64,000 bases of DNA from Balanoglossus misakiensis (Eukaryota; Animalia; Hemichordata): the NCBI GenBank assembly GCA_040954595.2, contig CM082588.2:4404156-4468155 (forward strand). Reading direction: 5' to 3'. The notes below the pieces were generated by a model. It saw only the letters and a program-made list of their open reading frames with translations, had not been told where the DNA came from and did no database searches. Below, piece by piece: positions 42,807-56,911 of the stretch; within the stretch, counting starts at the first letter, position 1; each line of letters starts with the position of its first letter. Both the position numbers and the translations under genes were made by a program.

Positions 42807-45028
42807 TTCCAAACAGACAAAGCAAGAATTCCAGTTCGATCGCATCTTTTGAACTAACATGGAAGCTGCAAACAATATAAACTATATCTTGACTGACAAG
42901 ATTTTCAGAAATTGATGTGTACCTGCGTTGAGAAATTTCGCCAAAAACGTTATCAGTATGAAGTGAAAATTCCTTCCCAGACAACTTCCATTGTTTACCA
43001 GAGCTGTACAATACAGAATCATTGTGTATTTTCAAACAAATTGTCAAAACTTCATGGTCAAAGCTTCCTAAGTTGAATATGTGTAGAGTTAACACACAAT
43101 TTCACATAGTTTTAATTTTGCGACTTTTGCAATATTGTGCAACAAGAAAAAACTTTGGTTGAGTTGGCAACTTTTGTCACATCTATACAAGCACCAATTT
43201 TACATTTTTGAGTAACATTTCTTCAAAGTTTTATTTTGAAGTCCACTGTTGCCAAACATTTACACTTGAATAAAATTAGAAACTGTCTATAGCTGGTTTG
43301 TCCGTTGCTTATCTTGAAAAAAGGGATAGTGCAAATGGCATAAGATGGGTAACATAATTGAAACATGTGATGTCTATGTTGAAAGACAGGTCTTGATCAG
43401 ACAGCTAGATTCATAACTGGGGAAAACGTCCATGAAAAACAGGGCTGGAATTTATATTAAATCGGGGATTGTCATTAAATCGTAGTTGAAAGGGGATCTG
43501 CGACCTACCCACCCAAACCAGTCAAATGAGACATTTCATCATTTGAGTGTTCAAATTACCTGTTGTCCTCACTCAGCTGAGCTGATTTACGTCTCTAACT
43601 CGCCCTTTGAATTCCTGACGGTATTCAGACCTGCCTTAAAATTTTACATCCCATCATTGACATGGGGCGGCTTTTCACGACCGACCGACGTCGTCCATTG
43701 TAAATCGACCTTGCAAGCAGGAACCATAAGGGCACCGTATCCCATTGTTTGCCAGCGTGTAAAACACAATGGTACTTCATTCAGACAACAAAGCGGGTTG
43801 CCAGCAACACCTTATCTGTATCGTGAAAAGTCAGACCTACTTTTTTTTTTTTTACCTGCAACTCCCTTTTTAAACAATGAAAACAAATGGTTGCTAGCTT
43901 CTCTGTAAACACTGATTCTAGTTACCGGTTCAGTATATCAGTGCGGCTGTTGCTAGTGTTTGTACTTGTCAGATTTGAGGGTGGTTCCACACCCAAACCT
44001 TGTCAGGTCACCTAACTCGGCATCTCACTGCAGTATCACTATGTAAACAGTCGACTCTGGTTACTTTGACCATGCTTTGACAGGTGCCAATCATCTTACA
44101 TCTGTCAACCTCTCTACTCTGATCCCAACTGATCCCCTATAAACACTGAATTTTTTATTGATTTGAAATAGTTCCACTTTACAAAAATTGACTGAATTAA
44201 GACTGTCAGTTGAATGCAGGAGTGGATGTATGCATTGAATATTAAAATCTACCTCCAGGTCAGTCATCAAAAATTTGTTCTAAAACGTTTAAAAATAAAT
44301 TTGATTTATCATTCAAAATGACTTGTTCTGATAAGTTAAAAGGTAAAAGAATCAGTATTCATGAGCTCAGCTCTAGTTATACCAACTTTCATTATAAACA
44401 TTGTAACCATAGTAACACATCCTCAAATGTAGATGCTGTCATGCATGAAATATTAGCACGAAAATTGCTCACACACTGTGTGACTAGCTGTTATTTCATT
44501 ATTGGCCGGTATTCATTTTCTGATGTGAACAGGTCATTTGACCGCACGCAGATTTGCTGGCAGACTGTTCAGACTTGGATCTCCTTCAGAAGCAGGTCAA
44601 AGTTCACCCACCTCTGCTGTTTGCCTCACAAAGTGGTCGGCCTCCATTAACAGCTTGGTGAGAGTCTGCAAACACCCTTTTAAATACAAGTCATTGTTCA
44701 AACAATTGCGTCAACTTTGCTTGCGGAATGTGAGGGATTGAATCGGAGTGAAATTCAGCTCAGATGAAAGGTGTTTATGTGCTTGGTTTGTTGTGTCTGG
44801 CTTTTAATAGTCGCAAACTTTCTCTGTGGTTTAGTCAGAAAATTACTTAATTTAAACTACCCTGCCAGTTGAAAAACAGCTGAAAGACATCGAACAAAAG
44901 CAAACAATTTTACGTGAAACTAAAAATAACCAAAACAATAATAGGAAATCTGGATGCTAAGTTACCCAATGCAGAACATGTCATGTATAAATAATTAAAA
45001 TAGTTCTGGTCATTGTGTAAATTTAAGC

Positions 45029-45119
45029 TTAACCCTTTCACCCCATTTCCCCCTGTAAAGGTCCAAATTTACCGTAGAAATCAATTGATGTAAATTAAAC
45101 CATGGTGGTGAAAGGTTAA
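45029..45119 (+). mobile_element. piggyBac-like MITE, copy 3
   Basis: TTAACCCTTTCACC...GGTGAAAGGTTAA. Confidence 0.78.
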
Positions 45120-46173
45120 AGCCCCAACTTACTTGTTTATATATTAGTTTGTCTCAGAATAAATGGTGTTTCTTGCATAGGTCTCACAAGCTCTTAATTG
45201 TTGTAAGCCATACATTCTCTGTGTAAACTCCATGGTTACAAAAATATGTGGTGTTGACTTTGTGAAAGTGGTATGTTGAGCACTGGGTTATTTGCTATCT
45301 TGTAGAGTAACACAGCATTATAGGAATTTTATAACTTTTAGTGAAAATTATGTAGTGTATTGGATTTACATTCTGTCTGAGGTTTTTGACAAAGCCAAGT
45401 TTGATAATGATGAATTATCATGGCATTCAAGTTGCTAAGTTTTGTTTTATTTCAAAGAAAGAGAGAGGCAGATTACAGGCATTTTTGTTAAACGTACATC
45501 CTTTCAAAATGAGCAATTTCTGTTTGGATTGCATTGTAGCAGTCAACCTGTTTTCCTGAATGCAAAAACAGAAGATCTTTGCCCAACCGCATCGATTTAA
45601 TCTTACCCAAGCCATGTTGATTGTATTGATTCTGGGGTAATTGTGGTAGGCATCCATTAATAATTAAACAAATTCCTAAACAGCTAGTATACATGGGTGA
45701 CTGAAATAGTCATACATGTGCATGCTGTTGTATTGTTTACTGTGAATCACCTTGACAACAGATATATCATAAAACCCCACCTTGCAACATATGAGAAGAA
45801 GAAAGAGCAACAGATCGAGAGAGAGAGAGAGGGGGGGGGGGGGAGAGATCAGAGAGTATTTTATGCAAATTATATACCAGTACAATAGAACCATGTAAGT
45901 GCAGATGATTTGTGCATACAAACTGTTTCAAAGGACAGTTTTCTTTCATCAATATTTCACAAGTTGTGTATGACGTGTATATAGTTGTAATTGTTCACTT
46001 CACCTGCAGACCGCACACGACATACTGTTGCCAACGGCGATGGCTGTACACATTGCAGGTTGAGTGATCGCAAACCCAATTCTCACCTTCCCACTACAGT
46101 AGGTGTTTTACTCAGACCATAAAACATATAGTCACTTCAATCATCTGGGTAATATTCACAAAAAGAGTGTACC

Positions 46174-49100
46174 GGCACTGACATGGGACGATGGCACGTT
46201 GGAGACGACAATGTCAGTGGGGACTGACGCAAGTGGGACGACGGCACATTGGAGACGACTTTGTCAGAGGCACTGACATGGGACGGCAGCAATGTCAGAG
46301 GCACTGACATGGGACGACGGCACGGTGGAGATGAAAATGTCAGAGGCACTGACATGGGACGACGGCACATGGGAGACGACAATGTCAGAGGCACTGACAA
46401 TTGGGACGACGGGCACAATGTCAGAGGCACTGACATGGAACGATGGCACGGTGGAGATGAAAATGTCAGAGGCACTGACATGGGACGACGGCACATTGGA
46501 GACGACAAAGTCAGAGGCACTGACAATTTGGACGACGGGCACAATGTCAGAGGCACTGACATATGGGACGACTGGCACAATGTCAGAGCTGGCACTGACA
46601 TGGGACGACAGCACGGTGGAGATGAAAATGTCAGCAGGGACTGACAAGTGGGACGACAGCACGACAATGTCAGTAGGGACTGGCAAGTGGGACAACGTTA
46701 CCACACGACAATGTCAGTAGGAACTGACAATAAATATGGGATGACAGCACGACAATGTCAGTAGGGACTGGCAAGTGGGACAACCGCACAAAAATGTCAG
46801 TAGGAACTGACAAAGTAGGACAACCGCACGACAATGTCAGTGGCCAGGGGACTGACAAAGTGGGACAACAGCACGACAATGTCAGTAGGAACTGACAAGT
46901 GGGACGTCAGCATGACAATGTCAGTGGGGACTGACAATTAGACTGACAATTAGTGGGACAACAGCACAACAATGTCAGTAGGAACTGACAAGTGGGACGT
47001 CAGCATGACAATGTCAGTGGGGACTGACAATTAGACTGACAATTAGTGGGACAACAGCACAACAATGTCAGTAGGAACTGACAAGTGGGACGTTAGCATG
47101 ACAATGTCAGTGGGGACTGACAATTAGTGGGACAACAGCACAACAATGTCAGTAGGAACTGACAAGTGGGACGTCAGCATGACAATGTCAGTGGGGACTG
47201 ACAATTAGACTGACAATTAGTGGGACAACAGCACAACAATGTCAGTAGGGACTGACAAGTGGGACAACCGCACGACAATGTCAGTATGGACTGACAAGTG
47301 GGACAACAGCACGACAATGTCAGTATATAAGGAACTGACAAGTGGGACGACAGCATAACAATGTCAGTGGGGACTTACAAGTGGGACAACCGCACGACAA
47401 TGTCAGTGGGGACTGACAAAGTGGGACGACAGCACAACAATGTCAGAGGCACTGACATTTGGGACGACTGTACACACATGTTGTGTTGACGTGCTCAGAG
47501 TTTAGCTAATATAGCATTTCATCACTGCACATCAATGTCAGCGGGGACTGACATATGGGACAACAGGCACAATGTCAGAGGCACTGACATTTGGGACGAC
47601 TGAGGCACAATATGTCAGACGCACTGACATACGAGACGACAGGCAAACTGTCAGAGGCACTGACATTTGGGACAACAGGCACAATGTCAGAGGCACTGAC
47701 AATTGGGACGACTGTACACACATGTTGTGTTGACATGCTCAGAGTTTAGCTAATAAAAAAAATTAGCATTTCATCACTGCACATCAATGTCAGCGGGGAC
47801 TGACATATAGGACAACAGGCACAATGTCAGAGGCACTGACATGGGACGACAGGCACATGAATGTCAGAGGCACTGACATTTGGGACAACAGGCAAAATGT
47901 CAGACGCACTGACATTGGGCAATCAACAGGCAAAATATGTTAGAGGCACGACAGGCACAATGTCAGACGCACTGACATATGGGACGACAGGCAAAATATC
48001 AGACGCACTGACATTGGGCAATCAACAGGCAAAATGTTAGAGGCACGACAGGCACAATGTCAGACGCACTGACATATGGGACAACGGGCATAATGTCAGA
48101 GGCACTGACAATTGGGACGACTGTACACACGTGTTGTGTTGACGTGCTCAGAGTTTAGCTAATTATTATAGCATTTCATCACTGCACATCAATGTCAGCG
48201 GGCTGACATATTGGACAACAGGCACAATGTCAGAGGCACTGACATATGGGACGACCAGGGCACGGCAAGCTAAACAGACACACAAATTATGACATGGGAC
48301 GGCAGGCACAATGTCAGAGGCACTGACAATTGGGACAACAGGCACAATGTCAGAGGCACTGACAATTGGGACGACCATGGCACGGCAAGCTAAACAGACA
48401 CACAAATTATGACATGGGACGGCAGGCACAATGTCAGAGGCACTGACAATTGGGACAACAGGCACAATGTCAGAGGCACTGACAATTGGGACGACCATGG
48501 CACGGCAAGCTAAACAGACACACAAATTATGACATGGGACGGCAGGCACAATGTCAGAGGCACTGACAATTGGGACAACAGGCACAATGTCAGAGGCACT
48601 GACAATTGGGACAACAGGCACAATGTCAGAGGCACTGACAATTGGGACGACCATGGCACGGCAAGCTAAACAGCAACACAAATTATGACATGGGACGGCA
48701 GGCACAATGTCAGAGGCACTGACATTGGGCAATCAACAGGCAAAATGTTAGAGGCACGACAGGCACAATGTCAGAGGCACTGACAATTGGGACGACTGTA
48801 CACACGTGTTGTGTTGACATGCTCAGAGTTTAGCTAATTATTATAGCATTTCATCACTGCACATCAATGTCAGCGGGGACTGACATACGGGACAACAGGC
48901 ACAATGTCAGAGGCACTGACATATGGGACGACCAGGGCACGGCAAGCTAAACAGACACACAAATTATGACATGGGACGGCAGGCACAATGTCAGAGGCAC
49001 TGACAATTGGGACAACAGGCACAATGTCAGAGGCACTGACAATTGGGACGACCATGGCACGGCAAGCTAAACAGACACACAAATTATGACATGGGACGGC

Positions 49101-50170
49101 AGGCACAATGTCAGAGGCACTGACAATTGGGACAACAGGCACAATGTCAGAGGCACTGACAATTGGGACAACAGGCACAATGTCAGAGGCACTGACAATT
49201 GGGACGACCATGGCACGGCAAGCTAAACAGCAACACAAATTATGACATGGGACGACAGGCAAAATGTCAGACACACTGACATTGGGCAATCAACAGGCAA
49301 AATGTTAGAGGCACGACAGGCACAATGTCAGAGGCACTGACAATTGGGACGACTGTACACACGTGTTGTGTTGACATGCTCAGAGTTTAGCTAATTATTA
49401 TAGCATTTCATCACTGCACATCAATGTCAGCGGGGACTGACATACGGGACAACAGGCACAATGTCAGAGGCACTGACATATGGGACGACCAGGGCACGGC
49501 AAGCTAAACAGACACACAAATTATGACATGGGACGGCAGGCACAATGTCAGAGGCACTGACAATTGGGACAACAGGCACAATGTCAGAGGCACTGACATA
49601 TGGGACGACCATGGCACGGCAAGCTAAACAGACACACAAATTATGACATGGGACGGCAGGCACAATGTCAGAGGCACTGACAATTGGGACAACAGGCACA
49701 ATGTCAGAGGCACTGACAATTGGGACGACCATGGCACGGCAAGCTAAACAAACACACAAATTATGACATGGGACGGCAGGCACAATGTCAGAGGCACTGA
49801 CAATTGGGACAACAGGCACAATGTCAGAGGCACTGACAATTGGGACGACCATGGCACGGCAAGCTAAACAGCAACACAAATTATGACATGGGACGGCAGG
49901 CACAATGTCAGAGGCACTGACAATTGGGACAACAGGCACAATGTCAGAGGCACTGACAATTGGGACGACCATGGCACGGCAAGCTAAACAGCAACACAAA
50001 TTATGACATGGGACGGCAGGCACAATGTCAGCTGAGGCACTGACATTTGGGACGACGGGCACAATGTCAGAGGCACTGACATTTGGGACGACGGGCACTG
50101 TCAGAGGCACTGACATTTGGGACGACAGGCACAATGTCAGACGCACTGACATTTGGGACGACGGGCACTG
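46174..50170. repeat. Complex minisatellite: ~36-bp core with internal dyad and higher-order units
   Basis: Core ACAATGTCAGAGGCACTGACAATTGGGACAACAGGC (48308 to 48344 = 36 bp) containing TGTCAG-N5-CTGACA. 120-bp higher-order unit (lines 48301 and 48421 are identical). A ~70-bp insert recurs at ~47468, 47710, 48120, 48796 and 49353. Confidence 0.95.
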
Positions 50171-50800
50171 GTCGCGGTCAGTATATTCCGGGATACTGAA
50201 TCATTCAAAGTCACGGCTCAACGTATCAACATTTACTATACCCGATCGCGGTCAGTATATTCCGGGATACTGAATCATTCAAAGTCACGGCTCAACGTAT
50301 CAACATTTACTATACCCGATCGCGGTCAGTATATTCCGGGATACTGAATCATTCAAAGTCACGGCTCAACATGTCAACATTTACTATACCCGATCGCGGT
50401 CAGTATATTCCGGATACTGAATCATTCAAAGTCACGACTCAACGTGTCAACATTTACTATACCCGATCGCGGTCAGTATATTCCGGATACTGAATCATTC
50501 GAAGTCGCGGCTCAACGTGTCATCATTTACTATACCCGATCGCGGTCAGTATATTCCGGGATACTAAATCATACGAAGTCGCGGCTCAACGCGTCAACAT
50601 TTACTACACCCGATCGCGGTCAGTATATTCCGGGATACTGAATCATTCCAAGTCGCGGCTCCACGTATCAACATTTACTATACCCGATCGCAGTCAGTAT
50701 ATTCCGGGATACTGAATAATTCCAAGTCGTGGCTCAACGTATCAACATTTACTATACCCGATCGCGGTCAGTATATTCCGGGATACTGAATTGTTGGAAG
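50171..50800. repeat. 73-74-bp tandem repeat, ~8.5 copies
   Basis: CGCGGTCAGTATATTCCGGGATACTGAATCATTC... starts at 50173, 50247, 50321, 50395, 50468, 50541, 50615, 50689 and 50763. Confidence 0.95.
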
Positions 50801-50811
50801 TCACGTCTCAG

Positions 50812-52050
50812 CACCATTATCCAGAGAAACCACTTGCCCATGAAGAAGGAACCATTACCAGTCAGTTTTCCAGTGGGGAAGTTTTACACCATCCAGGAAA
50901 CCACTTGCCCATGGAGAAGGAACCATTACCAGTCAGTTTTCCAGTGGAGAAGTTTTTCACCATCCAGGAAACCACTTGCCCATGGAGAAGGAACCATTAC
51001 CAGTCAGTTTTCCAGTGGAGACGTTTTACACCATCCAGGAAACCACTTGCCCATGGAGAAGGAACCATTACCAGTCAGTTTTCCATGAAGAAGGAACCAT
51101 TACCAGTCAGTTTTCCAGTGGAGAAGTTTTTCACCATCCAGGAAACCACTTGCCCATGGAGAAGGAACCATTACCAGTCAGTTTTCCAGTGGAGACGTTT
51201 TACACCATCCAGGAAACCACTTGCCCATGGAGAAGGAACCATTACCAGTCAGTTTTCCATGAAGAAGGAACCATTACCAGTCAGTTTTCCAGTGGAGAAG
51301 TTTTTCACCATCCAGGAAACCACTTGCCCATGGAGAAGGAACCATTACCAGTCAGTTTTCCAGTGGAGAAGTTTTTCACCATCCAGGAAACCACTTGCCT
51401 ATGAAGTGGCAACCATTACCAGTCAGTTTTCCATGAAGAAGGAACCATTACCAGTCAGTTTTCCAGTGGAGAAGTTTTTCACCATCCAGGAAACCACTTG
51501 CCCATGGAGAAGGAACCATTACCAGTCAGTTTTCCAGTGGGGAAGTTTTACACCATCCAGGAAACCACTTGCCCATGGAGAAGGAACCATTACCAGTCAG
51601 TTTTCCAGTGGAGAAGTTTTTCACCATCCAGGAAACCACTTGCCCATGAAGAAGGAACCATTACCAGTCAGTTTTCCAGTGGGGAAGTTTTACACCATCC
51701 AGGAAACCACTTGCCCATGGAGAAGGAACCATTACCAGTCAGTTTTCCATGAAGAAGGAACCATTACCAGTCAGTTTTCCAGTGGAGAAGTTTTTCACCA
51801 TCCAGGAAACCATTTGCCCATGAAGAAGGAACCATTACCAGTCAGTTTTCCATGAAGAAGGAACCATTACCAGTCAGTTTTCCATGAAGAAGGAACCATT
51901 ACCAGTCAGTTTTCCAGTGGGAAAGTTTAAAATGATCCAGGAATCCACTTGCCCTTGAAGTATGAACCATTACCAGTCAGGTTCCAGTTTTACGCCATCC
52001 AGGAAACCACTTTCCCATGAAGTGGGAACCATATTACCAGTCAGTTTTTC
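50812..52050. repeat. 71-bp tandem repeat with interleaved 32-bp subunit
   Basis: Unit CACCATCCAGGAAACCACTTGCCCATGGAGAAGGAACCATTACCAGTCAGTTTTCCAGTGGAGAAGTTTTT (50887 to 50958), plus truncated CCATGAAGAAGGAACCATTACCAGTCAGTTTT units. Confidence 0.95.
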
Positions 52051-53027
52051 CATGGTGGATAATCCCTTTTTCTAAAACTTACACTATACACTTTTATATT
52101 TTATGAAAATTCCCATAAAACCTTTACAAGCACCTTATAAGGCGTCAACACTATTATTACTTATACTATACACATATGGCACCAAACTTGTTTCAGCATG
52201 GTGGATAATCCCTTTTATAAAACCCACACTATACACTTAAATATTTTATGAAAATTCCCAACAACCTTTACAAGCACCTTTTAAGGTGTCAACACTATAT
52301 TACTTATACTATACACATATGGCACCACACTTGTTTCAGCATGGTGGATAATCCATTTTACAAAACCCACACTATACACATAAATATAATATGAAAATTC
52401 CCAACAACCTTTACAAGCACCCTATAGATGTCAACACTATATTACTTATACTATACACATATGGCACCACACTTGTTTCAGCATGGTGGATAATCCCTTT
52501 TTATAAAACCAACACAATCAATTTTATATTTTATGAAAATTCCCATAACAACCTTTACAAGAACCTTATAAGGTGTCAACACTATATTTACTTATACTAT
52601 ACACATGGCACCTCACTTGTTTCAGCATGGTGGATAATCCATTTTTATAAAACCCACACTATACAAGCACCTTATAAGGTGTCAACACTATATTACGTAT
52701 ATTATACACATGATGGATAATCCCTTTTATAAAACCCACACTATACTATACACTTTTATGAAAATTCCCAAACAACCTTTACAAGCACCCTATAGATGTC
52801 AACACTATATTACTTATACTATACACATATGGCACCACACTTGTTTCAGCATGGTGGATAATCCCTTTTTATAAAACCCACACTATACACTTAAATATTT
52901 GATGAAAATTCCCAACAACCTTTACAAGCACCTTTTAAAGTGTTAACGCTATATTACTTATACTATACACATATGGTACCACACTTGTTTCAGCATGGTG
53001 GATAATCCCTTTTTATAAAACCCACAT
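52051..53027. repeat. ~144-bp AT-rich tandem repeat, ~7 copies
   Basis: CATGGTGGATAATCC recurs at ~52051, 52197, 52340, 52482, 52626, 52850 and 52994, with a deleted/rearranged unit near 52630-52750. Confidence 0.92.
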
Positions 53028-53302
53028 CTTGACCTAGCCCCATAGTCAGTTTCTATGAAACCCAACTTTGTGTACATGCTCCCTGTTTTTCAGGAGAATC
53101 TACTCTTTACAATGATGTGGCCCGATTATGACTATTTGCTGGGTCTAAAACTACTGACCAATCACAAAATCGATTGTGTCAGAATGGAGTCTGCTATAAA
53201 CCCCTGATTGGTTGAACCGCAAGAACAAAAGATACGTCATCACCAGGCGCTGAGCTGTGTTGTCACTGAGATTCTTCTCTCGTTGGCAACAATTTCTCCG
53301 GA

Positions 53303-53405
53303 CATGGCGTTGGTTCTTCGGAACTTGGCAGCATTTCCCCCGTTATGGCATTGGTTCTTCGGAACTTGGCAGCATTTCCCCCGATATGGCGTTGGTTCTT
53401 CGGAA
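53303..53405. repeat. ~42-bp tandem repeat, ~2.5 copies
   Basis: ATGGCGTTGGTTCTTCGGAACTTGGCAGCATTTCCCCC repeated. Confidence 0.85.
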
Positions 53406-53569
53406 GCCATGAAGGTTAAAATGAAACATGACAGCCATTAATTATCTCGAATAGTGAAAATGTTTTGAATTAAAAAAAAATACAAAGATTTTATTTTAAA
53501 AAGCACACGTTACACATTAAATAGGGACATATTGCATTTCGCGGAAGAACGCGATGTTTATTTCGCTGT

Positions 53570-54080
53570 GGACGCAGACGACGGACCGGACTTAGGCATA
53601 CCCACCCGACGCACATGGACGAATTTAGCGAAGTTTTTCAACAAATACAACAAAGCATAATAATTACCTCATATTCCTTAACATTTATTTAAGAATTTTG
53701 AAACGAAAGTTTGAAAATGGAATAAACAATTATCACACAGTCAGCTCCACATGTTTGAAGAAGCAGACGACATATTTAGCATGTGACGGCCGACGTTCTT
53801 TGATAAAAAATGCGAAGTCTATCATAAATACGGCATACCACAATGATGAAAATTTGTAAGCACGATAATAATTACCTCACATTCCATAACATTTTTGTAA
53901 AACTTTTAAAACGGAAGTTTGGAAATGGAATACAAATTTAGCACACAGAGTCAGTTTCACCAGTTTGAGGACGCAGACGACACTTCACATATACGACCGA
54001 ACTATTCACCGAAATTGAACATAAAAGTCGACGTTTTTTGGAAAAAAAGAGCGAAGGCTTTCACAAATACCACAGTAACA
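53570..54080. repeat. Degenerate ~200-bp tandem repeat, ~2.5 copies
   Basis: GCAGACGAC at ~53573, ~53763 and ~53972; ATAATAATTACCTCA and AAATGGAATA blocks each appear twice ~210 bp apart. Confidence 0.7.
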
Positions 54081-56911
54081 AACATTTTTCAACATTGGTC
54101 AAAATTCCTCGCGAGTTTTCCAAAATCAACAAGTATACATTTACTTTAGAGTAGAACAGATATTGACACGTACGTACCTTTCAATCTTCAAGCCGCAACT
54201 GACAAGTGCAAACTTTTTCTGGGTAAAAAATGAATATTCATGACGACATCTCCTTAATTGGCAGTTCATATACGCGATCATGATCGTATTTGGCCAATCA
54301 CAACCGTGATTTTGATATGATTGAAAGTCACACTAACCATGCCCCCTAGCTTGCTGTGCATGATAGAGCTCCATCTCTCTCCGCGTACTAGGATTCCTTA
54401 TTTTTGTGGTAAAAAGTATTGTCTACGATAAATTGCAACATTTGGGTGACCTTGAGGTGACCCATGACCTTCTATCCAATATCAGCATCCTGAGCACAAA
54501 GCATAGGATGGACCACTTGATGAAGTGTAATGCCTAATTCTTGGCTAACCAAGGGCTTGAAGTCTGGTTTTTCTTGGACATGGACCAGTATGGAACCAAC
54601 ATTTTTTGACAAAATTTTGGGTGACCTTGTGTGGTAACCGTTGACCCTGGTTACACTGCTTATAAATTTACTTTTAACAGATCAGAAAATGAAGAGCACA
54701 GATTTATGTATTGAATTAAATAAAGGGGGACATCTTTTGAATATCAATTTTTCTAGAATTATATATACCCGTACTTCATCAGGGACTGAGAATATAGAAC
54801 TATAATAAAAAGACTGCCACGCAACAGCATACAGACACTTCATGTCGATAAATTCATATAGAAAAGGCTTGAAAAATGAACAATTCTGGCCTCTTTCCAG
54901 GAAAAATGTGTTGATGTCGTGTCTGTAGCATATTTGTTCCATGTCTGTTCCATTGCTGTAGGAAACACGCAAATCTCAACTCCTGTGTTTGAGGACAGAT
55001 GAGAATAAATGGTTACGGCAGGGTTTTTTTCTACAAAGGAAGATTCGGTGTCATTACGCTCGGCTTGATAAAAGATAAATGCAGTTTTCATGTTCTCTGC
55101 AGGCTGGCGAATTCATTTGCCAGGAGAACTAGAAAAAGCTGCAAATCAATTTGCTGTCCCCAAAGTGAAATCATCCAGGGTCGCCATGGCAACCAGCACA
55201 AATGGAGAATAGGCCTATTGATCAGTACAGTTAATATTCTTATAAACTTTGAGGTCGCTGTGATATTGCTATGAGCTGCCAAAGGCTCAGACTGTATGCA
55301 ACAATCGCACTGTACATGTTATTGTTGGCTGCTGTTTGATATTCACGGGTGATTTGAAATTCTTTTCTGCTGGGCAATTCTAAGATACAGCTCCTGAATT
55401 ACACATTTGGTGTTGGATTGCTTTTTATTAAAAATAATTACATTAATTTTTCCAAAACAATGAACAATTTACATATAAATTCAAATATCTTCATGTACAC
55501 TTCCACTGAGTGAGACAAAATCTGGTCTCAAGTCTATCACAAAATGATACACACAAATATAGCAGTGTCTATTTTCACATATTCACACAATATTTATACT
55601 TGATACTTTTCAAAGAACAGAGCAGCACATATCGCTTGCTAAGATACTTGATTAATGATACTGGTAAACTAAATCTGACTAGACCAATGCACTTTGTATT
55701 ATACTCATTATTACCTATCCAATTAGCAATTGTGATTTACGGTTTTGCGATCATAAGCCAATTGTAAGCATTTGCAGTCAGCAATGTTATTGCTGAAGTC
55801 TGGACTTGAATTCATTCATCAACAACAACGGTCTTTACATAGGCTATGATAACAAGCAGAAGATTTGGCTTGTCAACACTCTAAAGGAAGTAGAACACAG
55901 ACATGCAGGTGTTACATAGCACAAAATTACTGAAAAATAACCAAAAGTTACAGCTAGTGGTGCCTCTGAAGGTTACGACATTTAAGACGCAAATTTACAT
56001 ACACAGATTTGTAAAGTTTCTCACATTTTATGAAAAAAAAAGTTGGGTATGAAAATATTTTAGGTTGTCATGGATACATCATTAAATTGCATTTCCAATA
56101 TTGCGAGCAAAGATGAGGTAGCTGTAACCATGGTAATGTGTTGATAGATAATCCTTCACTTCCAACAACAAATGTCGCTGGCATTTCATGATTTTATACA
56201 CAGCTCATGACTCTAAATGTCAATAAGATGTTTTCTTCTGAGTGAGATTCAAAGGGTTAATTCTTTTTGCTTTAAATATAATGCTCAGCTTTTTTGTTTT
56301 GTAATAAAAATGTCCATGAAATTAAAACTTTTTTACACTAAACCAATACCATTCAATTCTGGTGGCTGGTGGTGATTTCTTTGATCGATTTACTGGAATA
56401 ATAACAGTTTGCATTGAATATTGCCTAATATTAAAACCAATCTGAATTGTATGTATTGTATGTATACACCAGCTGCATTTGTGTCCTAAAACTAAATTTA
56501 TGAGTCAAGAATCAGACAATTTTTTTTGTTTCTTTATCCTGACAAATTTATCACACAGTAGAACATGATTATATTATTCTGGTATTCTTTCCACAAATTC
56601 TTCAATCCAGTTTAGCTTTCGGAAAAACAAACCCTAATACTCTACTGTCACCTTTTCATTCACAAAACTGCAATTCCATGCACAATACAAAACATTTCAA
56701 ACAATCACGACACACATCTTATCATTTTCCTAACGTAATAAATGCCAATGCTTGCAACTTAATGAAGTCATTTTGATTAAAAAAGTCACTTTTCTCATGA
56801 ATACTGCACAGAACTGTCGTAATTTGCATAGTTCAAAGTTCACAGAGCACCCTCATCTTAGCAGCATACACAATCTTCCACTGCATCGGCAGCCATCTTG
56901 GATTACACCGT

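Noticed and set aside
44533-44657. Exon-like segment (AG...GTGAGA) with an open frame downstream of TTLL2
   Set aside because: No recognisable protein similarity and no partner exons; cannot be supported without transcripts.
46174-50170. CRISPR-like look: 36-bp palindromic repeats with intervening sequences
   Set aside because: Repeats are mostly directly adjacent, the intervening modules are themselves repeated rather than unique spacers, there are no cas genes, and the context is a spliceosomal eukaryotic genome.
46137-51855. Long repetitive ORFs (up to 354 aa; e.g. VVPIVSASDIVP, MEKEPLPVSFP)
   Set aside because: By-products of tandem units lacking stops; the same peptides cycle through frames and strands, with no splice or domain support.
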